Source: Macrostomum lignano (Eukaryota). Taken from it: a stretch of DNA of 64,000 nucleotides. Where the stretch lies: NCBI GenBank assembly GCA_002269645.1, contig NIVC01000730.1:62001-126000 (forward strand). The letters run 5' to 3'. Below are positions 1 through 12,300 of this stretch, in pieces; position 1 is the stretch's first letter; the number at the start of each line of letters is the position of its first letter. The translations under genes were made by a program, and so were the position numbers. The notes beneath the pieces were generated by a model. That model was not told the origin of the DNA, made no database searches, and saw only the letters and a list, made by a program, of their open reading frames with translations.

Positions 1-624
1 ATATAGAAACTACATAGGCCCATATTATTATTATAAATTACTTTTATTATGAAATTTAAAGAGGCAATATATTTAAATAATCCTAGAAATATGCTACATA
101 ATAGTGCCAAATATAGCAATAATATATAGTTTATTATAATTAATATATGAAACTAATAAAACAATTTTGAAAACAACATAATTTTTTCAAAAAAATGTGA
201 GAAAACTATAATTAAAAAAGAGATTTTTTATCTTAAGTTTTTTAGGTTGATTATTGACCTTCTAATGTATGAATTTGAATATTACTTTTAGAAGGCCTGT
301 TTAAATTACATTGATTACAATTAATTGCTAATGGAACATAAAAAAATACTTATAAAGAACAACAATTATATAAAACCCTAATCAGAAAATGTCTTTACTT
401 AACAGATAAGATTGAGCATAATAAGAAGTTTGATTAGTTAGACAATAGTATACATTGGCACAAAAGAAAAGGCAAGTTTAATTGGGCAGAACTGCAATAT
501 CCAGATTAAAAAATTATAACTATACTACAGGTACAAACCAAACACAATTGAACACAGTATACAGTAGGGGCCTAGACTTCATCTTCTACTTAAATATTTA
601 CTAATAAATAATACAGATACTTAC

Positions 625-783
625 AATGTTCAAATTTGTTAGCATAGTGTACTTTCCAGTAAAAATGCTGCTTTCCGTTAAATCATCTCCAAAGACAATG
701 TGCTTCTCATTGTAGTAGACAACAAACGAAAAAAATAAGGCTAAAAAGACGCGAATGCACACTGAATTTGACAGTCGCGACAT
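625..783 (-). CDS. First coding exon of an AIG1/ADTRP (FAR-17a) family membrane hydrolase-like gene; the rest lies beyond the left edge
   Basis: ATG at 783 in aataaaATG context gives 53 codons, MSRLSNSVCIRVFLALFFSFVVYYNEKHIVFGDDLTESSIFTGKYTMLTNLNI, then a perfect phase-0 GTAAGT donor at 624. A hydrophobic helix followed by GKYTMLTNLNI resembles the G-x-[WF]-K-[YF]-[LM]-T-x-x-N/D-L motif containing the catalytic Thr. No exon 2 was found in 1-624. Confidence 0.6.
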
Positions 784-1805
784 TTTATTGCTTCTCTGCA
801 CTTTTAATTCGAAATAAGCCTACGGATTAAAATATTATGCACACATCACCGTCAAAAGAAGCTAACTCTAATTTCTGGTCTGTTGATTTAAATTTCTGAT
901 ATGAGAGAGAAAACCTGTACGGTAATTCTAGGAAATCACCGTGTTTAAATACTAATATCATGGGCCTGTACATAGCGTTTGTTGTGTACCTTAAAACAAA
1001 TTTATGTAAGCCTGAAAGTTTACAACCACTATTACTGATGCTTTTTTTCCATCAATATACTCATAATTTCAGTTGACTGACTTTAAATTATCTGGTTTCT
1101 CGCTTCTTTCTGCAACATGCAGTGTCATCCGATGACGCTTATTGGGCTCGTTGTTGCCTAATATTAAAACATGTCGTAATTATTGCATGTACTTTTTCAG
1201 AAATTCATTTACACTGCGATATGAGCATGAGTACATATATAATTATAATTTGTCTTACATTGTGCTGAGCATAACCTTTACCTGTACCTTGTACCTTAAT
1301 GCGTCCTTCAATACATCAGATAAATATACATTTATGACATGATTACATGTATGTGCCCGTGACTCAGCCCCAGTGGATAATTTTAAGCAATAAAGTAATG
1401 ATGAATTTTAATTACTGTACAGAATCTTCACTACAGGTACATTTCATAAGCAAAATGAATGGCCACATTAAAGTATAAATTTATTTTATCTAGATAATAT
1501 ATTATAAGAAAGATTAGAAATTTCTGTTCAAGCTAGAATAACAGTATATAATTTGACTGGAATAGTTGGCTTAAGCAGACAAAACGTCAAAAATTGATTT
1601 GGAAGGCACATCGAATAACATACATGCACATCTAAATGTATTTTTCAAGGGAATTATAAAGTTGGATATGCCAATGTGAAAAATTATCTATAATCAGCTA
1701 TAGTGATCTATGAATAAATATAGCTTGTAAGCATCAACTAAATAATTAAGCATCAAACACAAACGAATGTAAAAAATAGCGACAATTTGCTTAACTAAGC
1801 TACTG

Positions 1806-4800
1806 TCAGTAGGCTCGCATCGAAGCCTGATAGATACCGGCAATATCGTCGCGGGTCTGCGGACAGGGCGCAATGCTGCGCAGTCGCTGCTGCGGCAGGA
1901 CACCCTCGACAAGCGAGTCGATGTGCGAAGCGTCAAAGCCCAGTGCCTGAAGGCCGTCGGGCACGTCAAGATCGTGCATAAGCTGGCGCACCTGGTCGGA
2001 GAGAACCTGAATGAATACGAAGGAAAAATGATTAGAAAACTCAAAAAGTGCACATGAATACTAGAACGAAAATACCTATCCATACCATAAATTATATTGA
2101 ACTTTTATAAGATACACCACTAATATTAGAAATATAAAAATACGCTAAGAAAATAATCAATAAAATTTAGGCTACAAATTATAACGAGCTTTTATTTAAA
2201 ACTCTACTAAAAGTAGAAATACAAGAAAAATAGGCTAAGAAAATAGTCAAAAAATTTAGGCTTCATAGTATACCGAATTTTTATTTGATACTCTACTAAC
2301 AGTAGAAATATAAGAAAATACGCTAAAAAAATTATTAAATCTTGTTGAAAGCTGTACTGTTTATCTTCTAAGATTCTAAACTAATATTTTATAGCCACTA
2401 AACAACACCCACCTTCCCAGCATCCTCCCGTTTCTTCCAGGTCACATCGGCGCCCAGCAGTCGGGCAGCCTCCAAGTGCCGGTCAGGCGAAGCGGCACCG
2501 GTGAACTCGAACACCTTCGGCGCGGTGATCACCACTGACAGTCCGTGCGGAATCAGGGCGTGCTGATCGGAATAGCCTTCGGACCTGTAGCCGCCGCTGC
2601 TTACAGACGTCCCCAACCCGGAGATGGGGTAGGACAGGCCGTGGCACAGGTGCACCCCAGCATTGCCGAAGCCAACGCCAGCCATGCAGGCGGCCAGGTG
2701 CATGGCCGACCGAGCCTCCGAGTCGCTCGGGTTGCGTACGGCCCGACGAAAATAGCGGGCCGACGCGTCCAGGGCCCAGCGGCACCAGACATCGCTGATT
2801 GGATTGGAGCCCTGTGGCATGGGATGTGATTGACAGGTTGGAGACCCCTGTGTCAGACAGGTTGGAGACCCCAGTGTCCGACAGGTTGGAGACCCCAGTG
2901 TCTGACAGGTTGGAGACCCCAGTGTCAGACAGGTTGGAGACCCCAGTGTCAGACAGGTTGGAGACCCCAGTGTCTGACAAGTGAGAGACCCCAGTGTCAG
3001 ACAGGTTGGAGACCCCAGTGTCTGACAAGTGAGAGACCCAGTGTCCGACAGGTTGGAGACCCAGTGTCCGACAGGTTGGAGACCCCAGTGTCTGACAAGT
3101 GAGAGACCCCAGTGTCCGACAGGTTGGAGACCCCAGTGTCCGACAGGTTGGAGACCCCAGTGTCTGACAGGTTGGAGACCCCAGTGTCTGACAGGTTGGA
3201 GACCCCAGTGTCAGACAGGTTGGAGACCCCAGTGTCTGACAAGTGAGAGACCCCAGTGTCTGACAGGTTGGAGACCCCAGTGTCTGACAGGTTGGAGAGC
3301 CAGTGTCTGAAAGGTTGGAGACCCCAGTGTCTGACAGGTTGGAGAGCCAGTGTCTGAAAGGTTGGAGACCCCAGTGTCAGACAGGTTGGAGACCCCAGTG
3401 TCTTACAAGTGAGAGACCCCAGTGTCTGACAGGTTGGAGACCCCTGTGTCTGACAGGTTGGAGAGCCAGTGTCTGAAAGGTTGGAGACCCCAGTGTCTGA
3501 CAGGTTGGAGAGCCAGTGTCTGAAAGGTTGGAGACCCCAGTGTCTGACAGGTTGGAGACCCCAGTGTCTAACAGTTAACTACTCCGTGTCTAACAGGTAA
3601 CTAATCCGTGTCTAACAGGTAACTAATCCAAGGCCAAACCTGATAAGCCGGCCTCAGCTTGGGATCAATGGGTCGCGGCGTTCTCTGATCGAACGGCAGT
3701 GCAGTGAAAGACTCCAACGCGTGACAGACAACATCGAAGCCGCTGTAGGCAGACACGCGGTTGGGCATGCTGGCTGTGTGATCGGGATCGATCAGGCCCA
3801 GAGTGGGTCTGAGGGCTCTATTGGCGATCCCAGTCTTTGCGTGCATAGATTCCAGGTCGAAAACGGCTACCCCGGTTGTCTCGCTACCGGTGCCCGAGGT
3901 GGTTGGCACCGCAATTAACGGCTTAAGTTCGTGAGTGACAGGCAGGCCGCGACCAATGGGAGCGTTCACGTAGTCTAAGAAGTCGGCTTTGGGGTTGGTG
4001 ACGTAGAGATTGGCAGCTTTGGCCGTGTCGATCACGCTGCCGCCGCCTACGGCAATGAAAGCGTCGTAGTTAGCGGCTCCGGCAGCCTTGATTGCCGCTT
4101 TGAACGAGGAGTCCGTGGGTTCGACTCTGACGTCTGGATAGACGTCGAATGGGACTGAGTTGGATGCGAGACTGTCGGCTACCTGAGATGCGTGGGGTGT
4201 TGGTTTGGAGCTAGTAATGTCTAACAGCAGTGTATGATCCGTGTCTAGCAGCAGTTATGATCCGTGTCTAACAGCAGTTATGATCCGTGTCTAACAGCAG
4301 TGTATGATCCGTATCTAACAGCAGTGTATGATCCGTATCTAACAGCAGTGTATGATCCGTGTCTAACAGCAGTGTATGATCCGTGTCTAGCAGCAGTTAT
4401 GATCCGTGTCTAACAGCAGTTATGATCCGTGTCTAACAGCAGTGTATGATCCGTATCTAACAGCAGTGTATGATCAGTGTCTAACAGCAGTGTATGATCC
4501 GTGTCTAACAGCAGTGTATGATCCGTGTCTAACAGCAGTGTATGATCCGTGTCTAACAGCAGTGTATGATCCGTGTCTAACAGCAGTGTATGATCCGTGT
4601 CTAACAGCAGTGTATGATCCGTGTCTAACAGCAGTGTATGATCCGTGTCTAACAGCAGTTATGATCCGTGTCTAACAGCAGTGTATGATCCGTGTCTAAC
4701 AGCAGTGTATGATCCGTGTCTAACAGCAGTGTATGATCCGTGTCTAACAGCAGTGTATGATCCGTGTCTAACAGCAGTGTATGATCCGTGTCTAACAGCA

Positions 4801-5241
4801 GTGTATGATCCGTGTCTAACAGCAGTGTATGATCCGTGTCTAACAGCAGTGTATATGTCTAACAACGGTATGCGATCTTTCTAACCGGGTCTACCTAATT
4901 CATGATTCGTGTCCGTTCAAATTTAAATTTAACCCTTGCCTAACCTTTTTAAACGGCGGCAACTCAGCCAGGTTATTGTCGGTAAACACAAGAACTCGCT
5001 TAGCGCCCAGATTGACAACATCCTGCCCGATTTCTCGGGTCACTCCGGGGCCGTAGCGCACGGTAGATACGGCCATCTCAAAGGCGTACTCAGTCTCTTG
5101 CACAGTCTGATGGCAGCGCCTCAGCACCCCGCCGTGATGGCGATGGCCGCAGGCGCTATGAGCGGGACAAGCGTTGCCAGCGCCACGTTCGAGCACCTCT
5201 CGCATAGCGGTCAGCACGCGAGAGCGCAATTGTTGCGTCAT
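1806..5241 (-). CDS. ADHFE1: Hydroxyacid-oxoacid transhydrogenase (iron-containing ADH family), 479 aa; exons 5241-4945, 4182-3640, 2811-2413, 2006-1806
   Basis: Four exons join in frame through three phase-0 GT-AG introns. Motifs: [87 protein letters not shown] at 1808-1806; AATAAA on the minus strand at 1485-1480. Confidence 0.96.
2125..2335. repeat. Degenerate ~88-bp AT-rich tandem repeat (~2.3 copies) in ADHFE1 intron 3
   Basis: The block actctactaa(a/c)agtagaaata(c/t)aagaaaa.ta(g/c)gctaa recurs at about 88-bp spacing. Confidence 0.65.
2828..3628. repeat. 24-bp minisatellite GACAGGTTGGAGACCCCAGTGTCT (~31 copies) filling ADHFE1 intron 2
   Basis: Seen directly; it explains the [16 protein letters not shown] repeat ORFs. 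The last units (3570-3628) switch to ccgtgtctaacaggtaactaat. Confidence 0.97.
4217..4865. repeat. 24-bp minisatellite GATCCGTGTCTAACAGCAGTGTAT (~27 copies) filling ADHFE1 intron 1
   Basis: Seen directly; it explains the YDPCLTAV repeat ORFs. Confidence 0.97.
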
Positions 5242-5479
5242 TTTTATTAAATTATATAATTAGTTTTTCTGTCACTGAAAAGCCTACTTAGTAGCGTTCA
5301 GTAGTGTGTAGCGCAAATTGGCGTCGAAATTGGCGAACATGAAATTTTGCGTGCGAATAAAAACTAGAAATTAAACTCATCGTTGTAAATAAAATCATGT
5401 CATCTCCGAATAGTTATACGGAAGACTAAAAAATCGTGAAAATCTTCTGGTAAGATCTAAATATTGTACATATTTTTCA

Positions 5480-6177
5480 CAAGGACGACTTAAGTAGAAG
5501 GACGGGAAACCTCGTTTCTTAGAAAAGTTTTGAAGGCACTTTTTCCCGAAAAAATACACTATGGAGATAGGAAGTTTTCATTTTTTCAGCACAAAAATTG
5601 TTATTGCGTTTGATAGGAGGCAGATCCAGTGTTCATCTTTTGATATGTTGTGCCTTTTTTATTGCTCTATCGATATTTATAAAGCTTTTCGTTCAGAAAA
5701 TTAGGATTCTATGTTAATTTTTTATTCTACGTATGTTTCCTGGATCAAAAAATCACAAAAATGCATGACACAGCTCCAATATTTGGTTTTATGAACCTAT
5801 TTTATCATCTCTGTTACAAATATTTGCTACACAGTCGGGTAAGAATGATAAAAAAGACTCATGAAGCTAAAGAGCCGAGCCGTGGCATTCTAATGTATTT
5901 CAAGCACAAGACACGCGAAAATTTACGTAGAATAAAAAATTAACATAGAATCCTAATTTTCTGAACGAAAAGCTTTATAAATATCGATAGAGCAATAAAA
6001 AAGGCACAACATATCAAAAGATGAACACTGGATCTGCCTCCTATCAAACGCAATAACAATTTTTGTGCTGAAAAAATGAAAACTTCCTATCTCCGTAGTG
6101 TATTTTTTCGGGAGAAAGTGCCTTCAAAACTTTTCTAAGAAACGAGGTTTCCCGTCCTTCTACTTAAGTCGTCCTTG
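5480..6177. mobile_element. 698-bp foldback MITE with 254-bp TIRs and 8-bp TSD (P- or hAT-superfamily-like, non-autonomous)
   Basis: 5480-5733 is the near-perfect reverse complement of 5924-6177. Termini are CAAGG...CCTTG. The TSD ATTTTTCA is identical at 5472-5479 and 6178-6185. The spacer is 190 bp. Confidence 0.92.
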
Positions 6178-7261
6178 ATTTTTCATAGTTAAAGAAGAAC
6201 GGATATCTAATTTTAAAAGCCTATAAAGTAAAGATAGGTTGGACCATAGACATACGCAAATCGCTGAGAATAAGGCATCCATGCAGACTTGCAATACGAG
6301 TACACACAGTTAACCTACACTTATGGGACCTTCTGTATTGCAACGATGTCTATGGCCAAAAATGGGTTTATATCAGACTGTTATTTCTTGATTTCATGAA
6401 CGAAGCATTTCTGTCATCTAAGACCATTGCCTCCATAGCATCACAAATCTCTTTTTATTGACTCTCCATTCGGAGTTATCTGAGAAACTTCCAGATTTCA
6501 GTTTTTCTAACTTACGGAAGAAAGTTACATTTTAAACCCACCAGTTGATTTTAGTCGGAAAAATGAAATTGTAAGTGGTTTAATGAATCATGCCTGTCTT
6601 TGACCCAGTTGTGTCATTTTGTGGGTGTGTGTGCTGTCAATGGTCCAACCTATTTTTTATTCTAAAAGCTAAAAGCATTTCAGTCTCCTGTCTTTACCAG
6701 ATTAAAAAAAACTTTTCTCAGAAGTCAGTAACTTCAGCACTAACAGGGTATCGTGAAAAAACTTTAATCTCTGTCAGATATGCAAACTCGAAAATTAGAA
6801 GCTACATAAAGCTTTGGTTTATCAGATTGTTAGAACTCTTAGAAGTTAGTTAACTTCTTGAATTTATCAGCATAGGGGCAAGAGTAAGGTTATTGCTGGG
6901 GTTGACATTTACAGTCATTTTGCAAATCTGAAGCTCAAATATTTCTAAAATAATCTCGCGAATTCTCACCCAGAGCTCACCCTTTCCTCGAAAACCAATT
7001 ATTAGAATAAGCAAATGAAAATAAAAGCAAATTTTTTAAACACCAGTCTTTCATATCGACACAAGATCGAAGATCATCGTTCGATATGTTGCCCATTTAA
7101 ACTAGAGCACAACAACCAACATATATTGAAGCAGACAATCAAAATTGACATTTAGAAAATTTTATTTTAGACCTAATAATAATATAATCATTCGCAACGC
7201 CTGACACGCACTCAGACACACGCTCACACAGCGGGTCCCCTGACTGTCTAATCATCAGACA

Positions 7262-7872
<611 letters not shown>

Positions 7873-8488
7873 GCCTTGGGGGTTGGCCCGCAGGGCTGTG
7901 AATCTCGTGAATGTGACTGCTCACAGAATCGAACCAAGGGCTCGTGGCGCATTCACCATTGTGGAGTAAAACATTTAAACAAAAAACTTGGACTAACAGA
8001 GGAGAGGACAAGATAAAAAAATTCTGCCGTCACAACTAAAAAAAACAAATAAATTTTAGGAAATTGACGACGCAAAAAGCCATCGTGACAAAAAACGCTG
8101 GTGCATTGGTGTGTAGTAAATATCACTAGCAAGTCTAATAAAAAATCAACACATTACAGTCGATGGACATTGCTCAAAAAAAAATTTACTTAAAAACAGC
8201 TTCGCTACAGCGGAAAGACAACAGACAGACGAATACAATTGAGAGCAAGATAATTGCGAAGAAACCATAAAATTGAACTCTAAATAAAACGTCAGCTTCT
8301 TAAATTGAGGAGTATCTAAGAGATTCAAAATGGAATATAACCAGAAGCGTAAAAAATCGTAATAACTATTAGAAAGCTGTCCTGTTAAAGTGCACACACA
8401 CATAAGTATAATAAAAAATAAAAAGGAGTACACACTGTGCGCAGTTGTGACATTTGAAGTTGCTAGCAAGTCAGAAAAATTTTGCGGA

Positions 8489-9100
8489 TTTCCCGAAGCT
8501 AAAATTGGGGGATTCCCTAAGTTAGAATTGAGGGATTTTCCGAAGCTAAAATTGGGGGATTCCCGAAGCTTAAATTGGGGCATTCTCGAAGCTAAAATTG
8601 GGGCATTCTCGAAGCTAAAATTGGGGGATTTTCCGAAACTAAAATGGGGGATTTCCAAAGCTGAAATTAGGGGATTCCCGAAGCTAAAATTCAGGAATTT
8701 CCCGAAGCTAAAGTTGAGGAATTTTCCGAAGCTAAAATTGGGGGATTCCCGAAACTAAAATTGGGGGATTCCCAAAACTAAAATTGGGTGATTCCCGAAA
8801 CTAAAATTGGGGGATTCCCGAAGCTAAAATTGAAGGATTCCCGAAGCTAAAATTGGGGGATTCCCAAAGCTGAAATTAGGGGATTCCCGAAGCTAAAATT
8901 GGGGGATTCCCGAAGCTAAAATTCAGGAATTTCCCGAAGCTAAAATTGGGGGATTCCCGAAACTAAAATTGGGGGATTCCCAAAACTAAAATTGGGGGAT
9001 TCCCGAAGCTAAAATTGGGGGATTCCCGAAGCTAAAATTGAAGGATTCTCGAAGCTAAAACTGGGGGATTTCTCGAAGCTAAACTTGGGGGTTTCCCAGT
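8489..9100. repeat. 23-bp minisatellite TTCCCGAAGCTAAAATTGGGGGA (~26 copies), downstream of the CoA-transferase stop
   Basis: Seen directly; unit junctions read GGGGGATTCCC. Confidence 0.95.
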
Positions 9101-9322
9101 AAAATTTGGAGAACTATCTAAAAAGAAAAGGTTAATTTTTAAAATCTTCTGCTAGACTCATAAAAGTTTTTAAAAAATCACAAAAAATCCACACAAACGA
9201 TCCGACTAGAACAGACACGAAACAATTTGCTTTGCTAAAAAATTATAATGTTATAAAATTGCTGGAAAAAATACAATTAGCTTCCGGATTGCAACAGCTC
9301 AGGGCTCAATCAAGCGTGCCTT

Positions 9323-12300
9323 CTAATCAGCGGAGGGCATGCAGCCCAGCCGTTCATAAGCCGCCTTCTCCAAAGCCTCCCGATGGTCCGGATGCGCGAT
9401 CTGCACCAGATGGTGGGCTCGCTGGCGGAGATTCTTGCCCCACAGCTGGGCGATGCCGTACTCAGTCACCACGTAGTGAACGTGAGCTCGGGTTGTCACC
9501 ACACCGGCGCCTGGCACAGTGCAGTGAATGAGTTTGGTGATTAATTGTAGTTGAGACTGCGGATCTGGGATATTTGGGATTTACAATAATGGGATCTGGA
9601 AGATTGGGATCTTGGAAATTAAGATCTAGGATGATGGGGATTTGAGATATTGGGATAATAGTCCAGGTCTGTGATAATGTGGGGTCTGGGAGATTGGGAT
9701 CTTGACGATCAGGAACCTGGGAGATTGGGATCTGGATGATCAGGAACCTGGGAGATTGGGATCTGGGATACTAGGACATGGGATATTGGGATCTGGGAGA
9801 TTGGGATCTGGGAGATTGGGATCTGGGAGATTGGGATCTGGGAGATTGGGATCTGGGATACTATGACATGGGATATTGGGATCTGGGAGATTGGGATCTG
9901 GGATACTAGGACATGGGATATTGGGATCTGGGAGATTGGGATCTGGGAGATTGGGATCTGGGATACTAGGACATGGGATATTGGGATCTGGGAGATTGGG
10001 ATCTGGGAGATTAGGATTAGGATCTGGGAGATTAAGATCTAGGATGATGGGGATATTGAGGATTTGGGACACTGGGATCTGTGATAATGTGGGATCTGGA
10101 GGATTAGGGATTTAGGATATTAGAATGTGAGATATAGGGGATCTAAGAGATTAAAAAACCTGAGAAATTGGGATATGTGATCTTGGGATCTGGGATATTG
10201 AGGATTTGGGATACTGGGATCTGGGAGATTGGAAATCTAGGAGTTCAGGGATCCGGAAGGGTGGCCCAGCAGCGGCGGACAACGTCTCAGGCTCTCACCC
10301 TCCTTGATGAAGGGTACAATTTTGCTGCCGCCCTTCTTCGTGGCGGACTGCAGCGCGATGATGGGCACCCCGAGACCGTCCGTAGACAGGGCGGCACCGC
10401 GGATGAAGTCCATCTGGCCGCCGACGCCGGAGTAAATGCGGGAGCCGATCGAGTCGCTGACCACCTGGCCTGTCAGGTCGATCTCGATGCACGAGTTGAT
10501 GGCGGTGACTCGGGGATTCAAGTTGATGACCGACACCTTGGGGAGAAAATTTTGCCGTTGAGGCAAAAAAATTATGTTAAAAAGTATCGTTACGTGCAAT
10601 ACTAGAGACCTGGACGTGATAGTTAGAGCATGCACTATATCCTGCATGAGCCCTCCAGCCCTTACTTCAGAAACCCTTCATCCCACCCTTAATAATTCGC
10701 TTATCCCACCCTTCGGGAAACATTCAGGAACTCTTCAGCCCATTTTTCAGGAACCCTTCATCCCGCTTTTCAGGAACCCTTTACCCCACTCTTCAGCAAC
10801 CCTTCATCCTACCCTTCAGGAACCCTTCAACCCACTCTTTAGCAACCCTTCATCCCACTCTTCAGGAACCCTTCATCCCACTCTTCAGGAACCCTTCATC
10901 CTACCCTTCAGGAACCCTTCATCCCACTCTTCAGCAACCCTTCATCCTACCCTTCAGGAACCCTTCAACCCACTCTTTAGCAACCCTTCATCCCACTCTT
11001 GAGGAACCCTTCATCCTACCCTTCAGGAACCCTTCATCCCACTCTTCAGGAACCCTTTATCCCACTCTTCAGGAACCCTTCATCCCACTCTTCAGCAACC
11101 CTTCATCCTACCCTTCAGGAACCCTTCATCCCACTCTTCAGGAACCCTTTATCCCACTCTTCAGGAACCCTTCATCCCACTCTTCAGCAACCCTTCATCC
11201 TACCCTTCAGGAACCCTTCATCTTACTCTTCAGGAACCCTTTATCCCACTCTTCAGGAACCCTTCATCCCACTCTTCAGCAACCCTTCATCCTACCCTTC
11301 AGGAACCCTTCATCCCACTCTTCAGGAACCCTTCATCCCACTCTTCAGGAACCCTTCATCCCACCCTTTAGCAACCCTTCAACCCACCCTTCAGGAACCC
11401 TTCATCCCACTCTTCAGGAACCCTTCATCCCACTCTTCAGGAACCCTTCATCCCACCCTTTAGCAACCCTTCAACCCACCCTTCAGGAACCCTTCATCCT
11501 ACCCTTCAGGAACCCTTCATCTTACTCTTCAGGAACCCTTTATCCCACTCTTCAGGAACCCTTCATCCCACTCTTCAGCAACCCTTCATCCTACCCTTCA
11601 GGAACCCTTCATCCCACTCTTCAGGAACCCTTCATCCCACTCTTCAGGAACCCTTCATCCCACCCTTTAGCAACCCTTCAACCCACCCTTCAGGAACCCT
11701 TCATCCCACTCTTCAGGAACCCTTCATCCCACTCTTCAGGAACCCTTCATCCCACCCTTTAGCAACCCTTCAACCCACCCTTCAGGAACCCTTCATCCTA
11801 CCCTTCAGGAACCCTTCATCCTACCCTTCAGGAACCCTTCATCCCACTCTTCAGGAACCCTTCATCCCACTCTTCAAGAACCCTTCATCCCACCCTTTAG
11901 CAACCCTTCAACCCACCCTTCAGGAACCCTTCACCCCACCTTTCAGAAAGCGTTCACAAACGCATAGGAACCAACCTGATTAACGAACTGGATATCGCAC
12001 AGTTCAACCATAGCATTATCGTCAATAAAATTAAAAACTTTATTAGTGCCAATCACGAATCCGGTGACAATTTTTCCGGGTTTAATTTTCTTCCTAGAAT
12101 TTGTAATCGCGCCGGCTTCGGTTAAGTCGACAACCCCATCTGAGAACATCTCGGTGTGAACCCCTAGTTCTTTGTGCTCGGTGAGCGAGCCCAGAACAGC
12201 ATCCGGTATGCTGCCAATGCCAGTCTGCAGGGTGGCGCCATTGGCCACCAAGTTGTCAGCAATGAGTTTGCCGATCTTTTGCTCCTCTGGGTTGATCTCG

